This document shows, piece by piece, positions 31,893 to 40,634 of a stretch of 50,940 nt of DNA; the stretch's first letter is position 1, and each line of letters starts with the position of its first letter. Under the pieces are notes generated by a model. The model made no database searches. It saw only the letters and a list, made by a program, of their open reading frames with translations, and was not told where the DNA came from. Position numbers and translations under genes: made by a program. Source of the stretch: a bacterium (lineage in GTDB: Bacteria > Patescibacteriota > Minisyncoccia > Phycocordibacterales > Phycocordibacteraceae); the NCBI GenBank assembly GCA_023269085.1, contig JAHFML010000001.1, forward strand, positions 256,356 through 307,295. The letters run 5' to 3'.

Positions 31893-33595
31893 GGCATGAA
31901 TATCGTTGCCGTTGCGGTGGGGCCATCGACGTGAATGTTCGCAACGGTTGTTGTTGCGTGTCCGCGCACCGATGCGATTGCGCTGTAGATACCCTCGGAA
32001 AGCGCATTGAAGAAGGCAATCCCGCAAGCCGAGGTCGGGACGGTCGCCGCGTAGTCGCTCTTCTTGAGCACGACGCGCGCCCCGCCAATGGCGCCGCCGC
32101 TCACGGTCTGCACGAGGACAGAGAGCGTGTTCGTCGAGGGCGTGCCGATGAGGAGTACGGTCGTGGTCGCGCTCGCGGGCGGGAGCTGATATGGCGCCGA
32201 TTGGCAACTCTCAATCAGATGCTCCGAGGAGAGTGCGAGCGAGTAGGCATCCCATTCGAGCGACTCGGTTTTCTTCCCTGCCGCACCGGTCGTATCAGTG
32301 AGAATTGTTTTGTAGATCGGCGTACTGCTCGCCGTACTGCCGATGATCTTGGTGCCGGTGAGCGTGAAGCCAACGTTCGCGAGCGATGGCGGCCCGCTCG
32401 TGTGCGAGAGCGACCAATCAGCAAGCGAGACCGGTGTCGAGGTCGAGACGCGCGTGAAAGAGGCTTCAAGAGCAAGGCCGGGATAACTCGAGGTCGCGAT
32501 TGCGGTGAGGAACACGGGGAATGTTGAGAACCCGGCGCTATTGCCCGCAAGTACGGTATCGGGAAGCGGGTTGCCGGCAGCATCATCGATGCGAATCGTA
32601 ACGCTCGAGTCCGCCGGCGCGGAGTAGCTGGCGTCAAGCAGTCCCCACCCATTGAGCGCGCTTGGCGTGATGGGGAGTGAGCGCGCTGTCCCCGTGAAGG
32701 CATCGGTCGTGAGCGTGAGCGTGCCGCCAGCAACCTGCGTGTCAGCTTGGCTCGCGAGGTTACTCACGTTCGCGAAGGTGTCGGTGAACGAGGTCGTTTG
32801 CGCCGGAGAGAAACTCGAGATGATGAGCGACGCGAGACGGTCGATCGCGAAGGTAGCGCTTGTCGTCTGATTCTTGACGATAGTGAGGAAGCCTGGAGTC
32901 GGATTCACGTTTTGCGCGGTACGCGCGTAAGTCTGTGCGCTTGAGTAGCCGTCGCGCGATACTTGTATCTGGTACTGTGTCGAGGTTGCCGCTCCATCGA
33001 TGAAGACCGTGCCGGCATTGTCGCTGAAGGTGGTGAAGTCGACCGCCGGCGAGATTGAGTCATTACGAATCCGCACGGTCGCGTCCTCGAGGTCTGCACC
33101 GGTCGCGGTTACGATATGGAGAGAGATCGTGCCACCGCCAGTCGATACCTCAATGCCCTGCGGCACGAAGTTGGACATAAGAGCGACCGATTTCGAGAGG
33201 CCGTAGATTGTGTAGGAAACTTCTGTCTTCACGAGCTTATAGTCGGTCGTAACATGGTTCGTGTCGCTCGCGCCGAGGCCGTCAGCCGGATCGTCTTTAT
33301 AGATAATGAACGTGCGGGTGTTGTAGGTAATGCCGTCGACGGTCGCCGTCGAATTTTGCGGCACGGTCCCCGAGGGGATGCCGCCTGTCGTGCCGAGCGT
33401 GTCGTAGGAGAGACCGTGGAGGTATTCCATCTGCGAACTCGCAAGCTCGGTCGCGGCGGCCTTCGCCTTGACCAAGACCGAGAGGACGAGCGAAGCGCGC
33501 AGGATGCCGAAGAGCGCGAGGAAGAGGGTGAGCATAAGCGCGATGCCGACGATGACATCGATGAGAGAGAAACCGCGGTCAAGTGAGCGACGCAT
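31889..33595 (-). CDS. giant pseudopilin (568 aa) with prepilin-type N-terminus
   Basis: MRRSLDRGFSLIDVIVGIALMLTLFLALF (G/FSLID), followed by long beta-rich regions, including CarboxypepD_reg-like stretches by eye. Confidence 0.8.
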   Translation of the reverse strand: MRRSLDRGFSLIDVIVGIALMLTLFLALFGILRASLVLSVLVKAKAAATELASSQMEYLHGLSYDTLGTTGGIPSGTVPQNSTATVDGITYNTRTFIIYKDDPADGLGASDTNHVTTDYKLVKTEVSYTIYGLSKSVALMSNFVPQGIEVSTGGGTISLHIVTATGADLEDATVRIRNDSISPAVDFTTFSDNAGTVFIDGAATSTQYQIQVSRDGYSSAQTYARTAQNVNPTPGFLTIVKNQTTSATFAIDRLASLIISSFSPAQTTSFTDTFANVSNLASQADTQVAGGTLTLTTDAFTGTARSLPITPSALNGWGLLDASYSAPADSSVTIRIDDAAGNPLPDTVLAGNSAGFSTFPVFLTAIATSSYPGLALEASFTRVSTSTPVSLADWSLSHTSGPPSLANVGFTLTGTKIIGSTASSTPIYKTILTDTTGAAGKKTESLEWDAYSLALSSEHLIESCQSAPYQLPPASATTTVLLIGTPSTNTLSVLVQTVSGGAIGGARVVLKKSDYAATVPTSACGIAFFNALSEGIYSAIASVRGHATTTVANIHVDGPTATATIFMP

Positions 33596-34809
33596 CAGAA
33601 TGCTGATGAGAGCGAATAAATAGGCGCGATCATAGCGACAGCGAAGACGCCGACGCCCGCGCCGATGAGGAGCATGAGGACCGGCTCGATGATCGTCGAG
33701 AGATCCTTCGTCTTCTCGGCGACGTCAGCTTCGTAGAACTCGGCTATCTGTTGCATCATCTCGGTCACGTTACCGGTCTCCTCACCGACCATGAGCATAT
33801 CGCTCATGAGGATAGGATAAAGCTTCGGATTATTCGCGAACGCTGCCGAGAGGAGCTCGCCCTTCTTCACGCGTGTTTCCGCTTCAGCAACGACGCGTGC
33901 AAATTTATCGGCATGGACGACCTCGCGCGTGATCGAGAGCGCCTCAAGCACGGGCACGCTTGAGGAGAGGAGCGAGGAGAGCGTCCGTGCGGCGCGCGCC
34001 GAGAAGGTTTCGCGGACGAGCTCTCCCACGACGGGCAGGTGGAGCGCTATCGTGAGCAGGACATTGTTCCCGACGCGCGAGCGAATGAACGCCACGCCGC
34101 CCACAATGAGCGCGAGGAGAGCTGCGAAGACGATAATGACGTGATGCACCAAGAAGCCGGAGAGCGCGACGATGGCCTGCGTCGCCGCCGGGATCCTCAC
34201 ATGGAGCTCGGTGAAGGTCGCGGTCAAGGTCGGCACGACGTAGATGAGCATCAGCACACCGACGATGACGATAGCCGTGATGACGATAGAGGGATAGATC
34301 ATTGCGCCCTTCACCTTGCGCGCGAGCTCCTCGGAACGTTCCATTTGGAGACTCACGACCTTGAGCGATTCAGTGAGCGAGCCGGACTCTTCGCCGGCTT
34401 TGACCATCGCGATGAAGAGCTCAGAGAATATCTTAGGATAGCTTGCGAGCGCCTCGTGGAAGGAGAGGCCGCGCTTGATGGAGTCAGAGAGACCGGTGGT
34501 GACCACCTTCATGCGCTTGTTGTCCGACTGTCGCTCGATGACCGAGAGCGCCCGCGCGAGCGAGAGGCCGGCGTGAAGCATCGCCGCTAGATTCTTCGCG
34601 AAGCGGATGATCTCGATGTGCTTCACGCCCGTGCCGAAGGAGATAGAGAGCCATGCGGGCATCGCGAGACCGCCGTTGCCTTCAGCAATCTTCACGACAC
34701 TTCCCTCTTCTTTTTGCACCTCCTCATAGACCGCGAAGCGCGACGGCGCGTCGATAACGCGATCTTCATCAGCCGCACCGCTCTTTCGTATCGTCACGCG
34801 AAATTTCAT
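33595..34809 (-). CDS. pilC: type IV pilus platform protein PilC (GspF family)
   Basis: Two GspF repeats (..FAKNLAAMLHAGLSLARALSVI..; ..TFSARAARTLSSLLSSSVPVLEALSIT..) and three TM segments. 404 aa. Confidence 0.9.
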   Translation of the reverse strand: MKFRVTIRKSGAADEDRVIDAPSRFAVYEEVQKEEGSVVKIAEGNGGLAMPAWLSISFGTGVKHIEIIRFAKNLAAMLHAGLSLARALSVIERQSDNKRMKVVTTGLSDSIKRGLSFHEALASYPKIFSELFIAMVKAGEESGSLTESLKVVSLQMERSEELARKVKGAMIYPSIVITAIVIVGVLMLIYVVPTLTATFTELHVRIPAATQAIVALSGFLVHHVIIVFAALLALIVGGVAFIRSRVGNNVLLTIALHLPVVGELVRETFSARAARTLSSLLSSSVPVLEALSITREVVHADKFARVVAEAETRVKKGELLSAAFANNPKLYPILMSDMLMVGEETGNVTEMMQQIAEFYEADVAEKTKDLSTIIEPVLMLLIGAGVGVFAVAMIAPIYSLSSAF

Positions 34810-34817
34810 TCATATAT

Positions 34818-34826
34818 AGAGTAGCA
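34818..34826 (-). promoter_or_regulatory. TGCTACTCT extended -10-like motif, 8 nt before pilC ATG 34809
   Basis: Plus strand reads agagtagca. Confidence 0.4.
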
Positions 34827-34831
34827 TGCAA

Positions 34832-34860
34832 TAAAAAAACTCGAACCGAAGTTCGAGCTT
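34832..34860 (-). terminator. intrinsic terminator after the small membrane-protein gene
   Basis: Minus strand: ctcgaac ttcg gttcgag followed by TTTTTTTat. Confidence 0.65.
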
Positions 34861-34934
34861 TGTGGGGATGACTTGACCGAGGTGCCATCCCAAAACCTCC
34901 TCCGTTATGCGCCACGGGAGCGGGCGTTGGCACG

Positions 34935-35276
34935 TTAGTGCCGTTGATTGTTTCCGCCGCGGCTACCACGACGGAGTGCTCGGAATCCGATCCAGAGCAC
35001 TCCGACCATGATGGCGATCTCGATCGCGAGATTCGCGATCGCCCGCGCACCGGCGGGGTCGTCGGTGAAAAACCACCACCCGCCGCCGAGTACGGCGGCG
35101 AAGGGCACCAGCCGGACGATCACTCGCCCGACGAGGTGGCCTGCCCCGTGCAGGCCATGAAGGATCGCCGCCCAAAAACCATGGGCGACGACCGCAACGA
35201 CCTGCCACAGAAGCGTGGCAAGCCAAACCACGAGCCGCCAAAGCCCGTGGCCAATAGCTTCTAAGAAGCGACGCAT
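34935..35276 (-). CDS. small polytopic membrane protein (113 aa) between pilB and pilC
   Basis: MRRFLEAIGHGLWRLVVWLATLLWQVVAVVAHGFW.. has three hydrophobic segments. Preceded by a near-consensus promoter. Very GC-rich, so coding status is uncertain. Confidence 0.45.
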   Translation of the reverse strand: MRRFLEAIGHGLWRLVVWLATLLWQVVAVVAHGFWAAILHGLHGAGHLVGRVIVRLVPFAAVLGGGWWFFTDDPAGARAIANLAIEIAIMVGVLWIGFRALRRGSRGGNNQRH

Positions 35277-35363
35277 CGCGTCCTCCCTTCCCTCAACGCA
35301 CTGCCCGGCGTGAGAGTTCAATGGATAAAAGGCGCGGGTACGCCAAACAAAATGCCTAGTACT

Positions 35364-35391
35364 AGTATACACCAAACGATATTCTTGTCAA
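35364..35391 (-). promoter_or_regulatory. sigma70-like promoter TTGACA-N16-TATACT
   Basis: Minus strand reads cTTGACAagaatatcgtttggtgTATACTag, about 88 nt upstream of ATG 35276. Confidence 0.5.
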
Positions 35392-35405
35392 GCCCCTTGC
35401 CTCCC

Positions 35406-37154
35406 CTACTCCGACACGGCGCGGAGGACCTCTTCGAGGCTGGTGACGCCCTTCGCCGCCTTGTAGATGCCGTCTTCAAACATGGTGAGCATGCCCTCCT
35501 TCTTCGCCTGCTCCTCGATAGCGTCGCTTGTGCTCGCGCGCAGGATAGTCTCGCGGATGGCGGACGAGACCGCGAGCACTTCGTGGATGCCGATGCGGCT
35601 CTTGTAGCCGTCTTCTGCTTCAGCGGTCGGCTTCGGGTGATAGAAGGGGATGGTGTCGAGCGTCACGTCGGACTTGATGATCTTCTCGTCTTTGAGCGCT
35701 TGGTAGGCGACCGCGAAGTCGGCGTCGCTCCCGACCTTGGCGCGCACGGCCGCGTCGGTGGTATAAGCCTCCTTCGTGTCCGCGAGACGGCGCACGAGAC
35801 GCTGGCCGACGATGACGCGCACCGTCGAGACGAGGAGGAAAGGTTCGACGCCCATGTCGATCATGCGCGGGATAGCGCCCGCGGCGCTGTTGGTGTGGAT
35901 AGTCGAGAGGACGAGGTGGCCCGTGAGGGCGGCGTTGACCGCGAGCGAGGCGGTCTCGTTGTCGCGGATCTCGCCGACCATGATGATATCTGGGTCTTGG
36001 CGCACGAGGGAGCGGAGCCCCGAGGCGAAGGTGAAGCCGATTTGCGGGTTCACCTGGGTCTGGTTGACGCGCTTCATCTGATATTCGATAGGGTCTTCGA
36101 CGGTCGAGATGTTCACATCCGGCTGATTCAAGATGTCGAGCATTGTGTAGAGGGTGGTCGTCTTACCGCTCCCGGTCGGCCCCGAGATGAGGATAAGGCC
36201 GGTAGTCGCCTTCAGCGCATGGTGGAGACGCTCGAGATTCTCGCCGTGGAAGCCGAGCGCCTCGAGGGTGAAGCCCTCCCCTGTCTCGCGCAAGAGACGC
36301 ATGACCGTCTTCTCGCCGAAGAAGGTCGGGAGAATAGAGACGCGGAAGGAGACGCGCTCAGCCTCGGTCTCCATCTTGAAGCGGCCGTCCTGCGGGAGAC
36401 GTTTCTCATCGAGCTTCAGGTTGGCGAGCACCTTGATGCGTGCGATGATTCCCGCGGCCGCGGCTTTAGGCAAGGTCATCGCATCGTGGAGGATGCCGTC
36501 GATGCGATACCGCACCAAGACCTCCTCCTCCATCGGCTCGATGTGGATATCGGAGGCGCCTTGGACGATAGCATGACGCAGGAGCGTGTCGACGATGCGC
36601 ACGATCGGGAGATCCTCGGCCATCTTTTTCAGATCGTCGCCCGAGAGGTCGGTGCCGCCCTCGTTCACGGCGCGGATCTTGCCTGCCTCGGTCGAGATGA
36701 TGTCGCCAAACTCATCCTTGAGCGACTTCTGGTAGCGCAGAAGCGCGTTCTTGATGCTCTCGGTGTCCGTGAGCCGCGGAATAATCTTGAGGCCGGTCTT
36801 CTTCCCCACTGCCTCGATAGAGGCGAGATCTTCGACATCGAGCATCGCTACCTCGAGCGTGCCGGCGTCCTTCTTGTAGGCGATGATGTTGTGCGTACGG
36901 GCGATCGGCTCGGGGATGAGCGAGAGGATCTCGGGCGGGATCTTGTACTCCTTCAGATTGACGAAGGCGATGCCGAGCACATACGCCTGGATGCGACGGA
37001 GCGCGTCTTCAGTAATGGCGCCTTGCGAGACGAGGATATCGCCGAGCGACTGGTTGCGCTTCTTCGCCTCGACGACGGCGGCGTCGAGGTCCTTCTTCGC
37101 GACGAGACCAGAGTCGATGATAAATTCTTTCAGCTCTTCATCGGAGACGTGCAT
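35406..37154 (-). CDS. pilB: type IV pilus assembly ATPase PilB (GspE family)
   Basis: MHVSDEELKEFIIDSGLV..SLGDILVSQGAITEDAL (T2SSE_N), Walker A GPTGSGKTTT, IIMVGEIRD, TGHLVLSTIHTN. Heads the pilC/pseudopilin operon. Confidence 0.92.
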   Translation of the reverse strand: MHVSDEELKEFIIDSGLVAKKDLDAAVVEAKKRNQSLGDILVSQGAITEDALRRIQAYVLGIAFVNLKEYKIPPEILSLIPEPIARTHNIIAYKKDAGTLEVAMLDVEDLASIEAVGKKTGLKIIPRLTDTESIKNALLRYQKSLKDEFGDIISTEAGKIRAVNEGGTDLSGDDLKKMAEDLPIVRIVDTLLRHAIVQGASDIHIEPMEEEVLVRYRIDGILHDAMTLPKAAAAGIIARIKVLANLKLDEKRLPQDGRFKMETEAERVSFRVSILPTFFGEKTVMRLLRETGEGFTLEALGFHGENLERLHHALKATTGLILISGPTGSGKTTTLYTMLDILNQPDVNISTVEDPIEYQMKRVNQTQVNPQIGFTFASGLRSLVRQDPDIIMVGEIRDNETASLAVNAALTGHLVLSTIHTNSAAGAIPRMIDMGVEPFLLVSTVRVIVGQRLVRRLADTKEAYTTDAAVRAKVGSDADFAVAYQALKDEKIIKSDVTLDTIPFYHPKPTAEAEDGYKSRIGIHEVLAVSSAIRETILRASTSDAIEEQAKKEGMLTMFEDGIYKAAKGVTSLEEVLRAVSE

Positions 37155-37163
37155 ATGTCCCTC

Positions 37164-37169
37164 ATTATA
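37164..37169 (-). promoter_or_regulatory. consensus TATAAT, 9 nt before pilB ATG 37154
   Basis: Minus strand reads gtgTATAATgagggacatATG. Confidence 0.45.
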
Positions 37170-37231
37170 CACGCGCGGCGCTTCGCGCCGCGCGCAGTGC
37201 ACACTGTTTTTTGAACGGCTCATCAAGTCGG

Positions 37232-37240
37232 TGATATACT
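37232..37240 (+). promoter_or_regulatory. TGATATACT extended -10-like motif, 6 nt before ATG 37247
   Basis: Direct reading. Confidence 0.45.
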
Positions 37241-37246
37241 ATCCGC

Positions 37247-37684
37247 ATGAAGCAGCGAGCCATGACAAAACCGGAGCCAACCATCACTGATGTAGCGAAC
37301 GCCGTACAAGATTTGGCTGAAGCAATGCAGACCGGATTTGCGAGACTTGAAGAACGGTTTGAGAATCGATTTGACGGTATTGACCAACGCTTTGACAAGC
37401 TCGAGGAGCGCGTCGGCGGCGTTGAAGAACATCTTGGAAATGTTGAAGAACGCCTCGGCGGCGTTGAAACACGCCTCGGCGGTGTCGAGGAGCGCACGGG
37501 CGGCGTCGAATACGAGCTGAATATGCTCACGCGCCGTGTCGGTTCACTCGAAGAGAGCGTCGACGATATGAAGGGCACGCTTCATGGCGTCGAGCGGGCG
37601 ATCGACAAAGACTCCGTCACCATCCTCGATCATGGCCGTCGCATCGTGGTGCTCGAGAAGTCAGTCTCTCCTGTTCTCGCATAA
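37247..37684 (+). CDS. coiled-coil protein with heptad tandem repeats (unknown function)
   Basis: ..RFDKL EERVGGV EEHLGNV EERLGGV ETRLGGV EERTGGV EYELNML... 145 aa. Confidence 0.7.
   Translation: MKQRAMTKPEPTITDVANAVQDLAEAMQTGFARLEERFENRFDGIDQRFDKLEERVGGVEEHLGNVEERLGGVETRLGGVEERTGGVEYELNMLTRRVGSLEESVDDMKGTLHGVERAIDKDSVTILDHGRRIVVLEKSVSPVLA
37403..37507 (+). repeat. 5 x 21-nt in-frame tandem repeat (E-E-R-L-G-G-V heptads)
   Basis: Units at 37403, 37424, 37445, 37466 and 37487, read directly. Confidence 0.9.
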
Positions 37685-37718
37685 TTTGCCACAAAAGTTT
37701 GCGCCTAGGATAAGTGCG

Positions 37719-37727
37719 TGGTACTAT
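37719..37727 (+). promoter_or_regulatory. TGGTACTAT extended -10-like motif upstream of the nusA leader
   Basis: Located 86 nt before nusA ATG 37813 and 13 nt before the leader hairpin. Confidence 0.35.
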
Positions 37728-37739
37728 AGCGCTATCCAG

Positions 37740-37763
37740 ATGTCCGTTCGCCGGACATTTTTG
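37740..37763 (+). terminator. hairpin plus U-run, either terminator or nusA leader attenuator
   Basis: atgtccg ttcgc cggacat followed by TTTTg. Lies between the candidate promoter and nusA. Confidence 0.55.
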
Positions 37764-37812
37764 TTAGACTACGAGAGTAGTAAAGGATATTAATCAGACA
37801 TACACATTCCAT

Positions 37813-39174
37813 ATGATTGACCTCAAGACCATGGGCGCCGTGCTGGGAGAATTCGAAGATCGCGGCATCACGCGCGCGACGATGCTCGACGCTATCGAGA
37901 ACGCGATGGCGACCGCCTACAAGCGCGAATACGGCAAGCGCGGCCAGGTGGTGCGCGCGAAGCTCGACCTCAACTCGGGCACGATTGCCTTTGAACAGGT
38001 GAAGACGGTTGTTGACGAGTCGAGCGTGCGCTTCCCCGTCGAAGGTGAAGAGATTGAAGAGGCGGCGCACGCGCACCAATTTCATACCGAAGAAGAGGTG
38101 CTCGCCGAGGGCGAGCTGCCGCGCTTTGACGCAGAGAAGCATATTCTGCTTGCCAACGCGAAGCTGATGAAGCGCGATGCCTCAGTCGGCGAAGAGATCA
38201 TCTTTCCACTTGAGCCGCAGGACGACTTCGGCCGTATCGCCGCGCAGACGGCCAAACAGGTCGTTATCCAGAAGGTGCGCGAAGCCGAGAAGCTCTCAAT
38301 GATGGAAGAATTCAGCGAGAAGAAGGGCGAGATCGTGAGCGGCATTGTCCAGCGTATGGAGCGCGGGGCGATCTTCGTCGATCTCGGCCGTACTACCGGC
38401 ATTATCCCCTACGAGGAGCAGATTCCGGGCGAGCGCTACCGCCTCGGCGAGCGCATCCGCGCCTATTTGTATGCCGTCGATGAGGGATTCCGCGGTGTCT
38501 ACCTGCGCCTCTCGCGCGCGCATCCGAAGTTCGTCGTGAAGCTCTTCGAGCTCGAGGCGCCAGAGCTCGCCGCCGGAGCTATTGAGGTCAAGGCTATCGC
38601 CCGCGAGCCGGGCAGCCGCACCAAGATCGCCCTCTCTTCGATCGATCCGCATGTCGACCCGGTCGGCTCCTTGGTCGGTCAGCGCGGCGTGCGCGTCTCG
38701 ACCGTGATGAGCGAGCTCGGCGGCGAACGCATCGACATCATTGAATGGAACGACGATGTCAAAGAGTTTGTAAAAGAAGCGCTCTCTCCCGCGACGCCGC
38801 TCTCGGTTGAGCTCGACGAGACGGAGCATCGCGCCACGGTCATGGTCGCTGAAGATGAGCAGTCGCTCGCTATCGGCCGCGGCGGACAGAATGTGCGCCT
38901 CGCCGCCAAGCTCACGGGCTGGAACATTGATATCGTCTCGACGGGAGGTGCTGACGTTGCTGAGAGCAATGGCGAGTCGGTCGCTTTTCTTGAAGAGGAC
39001 GAGGATCCTGCCGTCGTTGCGGGCGTCCTGCCGACCGAGAGCGTCGAGCTCTTCGAGAGCGACGTGCCGCAGACAACCGAGCTCCCGGCTGAAGAAGAGC
39101 TCGCCGAGCTCCCCGCGAGCGACGAGACCGTTGCGGATAAGGAGGAGGATAGGGATAAAGCGACGGATGAATGA
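37813..39174 (+). CDS. nusA: transcription termination/antitermination factor NusA with acidic C-terminal extension
   Basis: N-terminal domain ..ITRATMLDAIENAMATAYKREYG.., S1 (GEIVSGIVQRMERGAIFVDLG), two KH domains (..VGQRGVRVSTV..; ..AIGRGGQNVRLAAKLTGWNIDI). About 70-aa Asp/Glu-rich tail. Confidence 0.92.
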   Translation: MIDLKTMGAVLGEFEDRGITRATMLDAIENAMATAYKREYGKRGQVVRAKLDLNSGTIAFEQVKTVVDESSVRFPVEGEEIEEAAHAHQFHTEEEVLAEGELPRFDAEKHILLANAKLMKRDASVGEEIIFPLEPQDDFGRIAAQTAKQVVIQKVREAEKLSMMEEFSEKKGEIVSGIVQRMERGAIFVDLGRTTGIIPYEEQIPGERYRLGERIRAYLYAVDEGFRGVYLRLSRAHPKFVVKLFELEAPELAAGAIEVKAIAREPGSRTKIALSSIDPHVDPVGSLVGQRGVRVSTVMSELGGERIDIIEWNDDVKEFVKEALSPATPLSVELDETEHRATVMVAEDEQSLAIGRGGQNVRLAAKLTGWNIDIVSTGGADVAESNGESVAFLEEDEDPAVVAGVLPTESVELFESDVPQTTELPAEEELAELPASDETVADKEEDRDKATDE

Positions 39175-39206
39175 ACTGTGAAAGCCTAGTGCCTAAAGCC
39201 TAATCC

Positions 39207-39215
39207 TGCTATCTT
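39207..39215 (+). promoter_or_regulatory. TGCTATCTT extended -10-like motif, 6 nt before ppa ATG
   Basis: Direct reading. Confidence 0.4.
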
Positions 39216-39221
39216 TTACCT

Positions 39222-39746
39222 ATGAACCTATTACATGACGTTGATCCGGGTACCAAGAGTGAGATGAACGTGGTCATCGAGATCCCGAAGGACTCGCACA
39301 ACAAGTACGAGATCGACAAGGAAACTGGTCTCATCAAGCTCGATCGCGCGAATTACTCTGCCGCGGCCTACCCTTTCGACTATGGCTTCGTGCCACAGAC
39401 CTTGTGGGACGATGGCGATGCGCTCGACGTCATCGTCCTCACGACCTATCCGCTCGCGGTCGGCGTGCTCGCGACGGTGCGGCCGATCGCTATCCTCAAT
39501 ATGATCGATAACGGCGAGCCGGATGAGAAGGTCCTTGCTGTCCCCGCTGAAGACAAGCGTTGGGAAGATGTGCGCGAACTCGACGATCTGAACAAGCATA
39601 CGCTGAAGGAGATCGTACATTTCTTTGAGACCTACAAAGTCTTGAAGGGCAAGCCTTCACCGGTCGAGATCAACGGCTGGAGCGGCCGTGTCGAAGCTGA
39701 AGTGGCGTTTGAGCGGGCGCGGAAAATGTACGCCGATAAGAAATAA
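39222..39746 (+). CDS. ppa: inorganic pyrophosphatase (family I)
   Basis: VVIEIPKDSHNKYEIDKETGLIKLDR..YPFDYGFVPQTLWDDGDALDVIVL... 174 aa. Confidence 0.92.
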   Translation: MNLLHDVDPGTKSEMNVVIEIPKDSHNKYEIDKETGLIKLDRANYSAAAYPFDYGFVPQTLWDDGDALDVIVLTTYPLAVGVLATVRPIAILNMIDNGEPDEKVLAVPAEDKRWEDVRELDDLNKHTLKEIVHFFETYKVLKGKPSPVEINGWSGRVEAEVAFERARKMYADKK

Positions 39747-39747
39747 C

Positions 39748-39945
39748 ATGACTGAAGAAACAATCTATTCCGCCGCCACAGGCAATCCATCCCCCAAACA
39801 GCAGTCGTGGGGCGCGGTCATTTCGATTATCGTCATCGTGCTCATGATTGTCGTCGGTGCCTTCTATGCCTGGGGCAAGCGCATCGCAGAGCAGAAGGCG
39901 CTTACGACGCAGGCCGCCTCGTCGTCCGTAGCGCAATATCCGTAA
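39748..39945 (+). CDS. small single-pass membrane protein (65 aa)
   Basis: [45 protein letters not shown]... ATG lies 1 nt after the ppa stop. Confidence 0.5.
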   Translation: MTEETIYSAATGNPSPKQQSWGAVISIIVIVLMIVVGAFYAWGKRIAEQKALTTQAASSSVAQYP

Positions 39946-39956
39946 TTTTTATCCCT

Positions 39957-40556
39957 ATGAAGTACACCAATCCGCGTGCGTCGATGATGATCCCGATGGT
40001 CATCGAGAAGAGCTCGTCTGGCGAGCGCGCCTACGACATCTATTCGCGTCTCTTGAAGGATCGCATCGTCTTCCTTGGCGGCCCGATCGACGACGATGTC
40101 GCGAATCTCGTCATCGCCCAGCTCCTCTTCCTCGAGGCCGAAGACCCGAAGAAGGACATCTCGCTCTATATCAATTCTCCCGGCGGCTCGGTCACCTCGA
40201 CCCTCGCGATGGTCGACACGATGAACCACGTGAAGCCCTCGGTCTCGACCATCTGCGTCGGCATGGCGGCCTCGGGCGGCGCTATCCTCCTCGCCGCCGG
40301 TGAGAAGGGCAAGCGCTATGCGCTCCCGAACGCCGAGATCATGATCCACCAGCCGCACGGCGGCGCCGAGGGTCAGGCGACCGATATCGAGATTACCGCG
40401 AAGCAGATTTTGAAGCTTCGCGAGCGTTTGAATAAGATGCTCGCCAAGAATACGGGCCAGACGCTCGAGAAAATAGAGAAGGATGTCGAGCGAGACTTTT
40501 TCATGACCGCCGACGAGGCAAAGAAATACGGTCTCGTCGATCAGGTGTTCAAATAA
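39957..40556 (+). CDS. clpP: ATP-dependent Clp protease proteolytic subunit
   Basis: ..[36 protein letters not shown] (Ser)..MIHQP (His)..[17 protein letters not shown]. The track ORF is over-extended upstream. Confidence 0.92.
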   Translation: MKYTNPRASMMIPMVIEKSSSGERAYDIYSRLLKDRIVFLGGPIDDDVANLVIAQLLFLEAEDPKKDISLYINSPGGSVTSTLAMVDTMNHVKPSVSTICVGMAASGGAILLAAGEKGKRYALPNAEIMIHQPHGGAEGQATDIEITAKQILKLRERLNKMLAKNTGQTLEKIEKDVERDFFMTADEAKKYGLVDQVFK

Positions 40557-40574
40557 AAGTCAAAAATAAAAGAC

Positions 40575-40609
40575 GAAATCCCGCGGCGCCTCCGGCGCCG
40601 CGGGATTTC
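40575..40609 (+). terminator. intrinsic terminator after clpP
   Basis: gaaatcccgcggcgcc tcc ggcgccgcgggatttc followed by tcaTTTTg. Its core is shared with the hup terminator. Confidence 0.7.
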
Positions 40610-40617
40610 TCATTTTG

Positions 40618-40626
40618 TGCTACAGT
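40618..40626 (+). promoter_or_regulatory. TGCTACAGT extended -10-like motif, 8 nt before rny ATG 40635
   Basis: Direct reading. Confidence 0.45.
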
Positions 40627-40634
40627 CAGCTCGT

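Noticed and set aside
31874-32527. 217-aa plus-strand ORF; likewise 26079..26687, 40626..41198 and 41496..42089
   Set aside because: All are antisense or alternate-frame shadows of well-supported genes (giant pseudopilin, recJ, rny).
35310-37214. 634-aa plus-strand ORF
   Set aside because: It is exactly antisense to the pilB gene, which has clear Walker, Asp-box and His-box motifs. The translation is Arg/Asp/Glu/Val/Gly-rich low-complexity sequence typical of antisense frames in high-GC DNA.
37403-37507. Tandem 21-nt repeats as a possible CRISPR-like or minisatellite array
   Set aside because: The units are contiguous with no spacers, in frame, and encode heptads inside a coiled-coil ORF.
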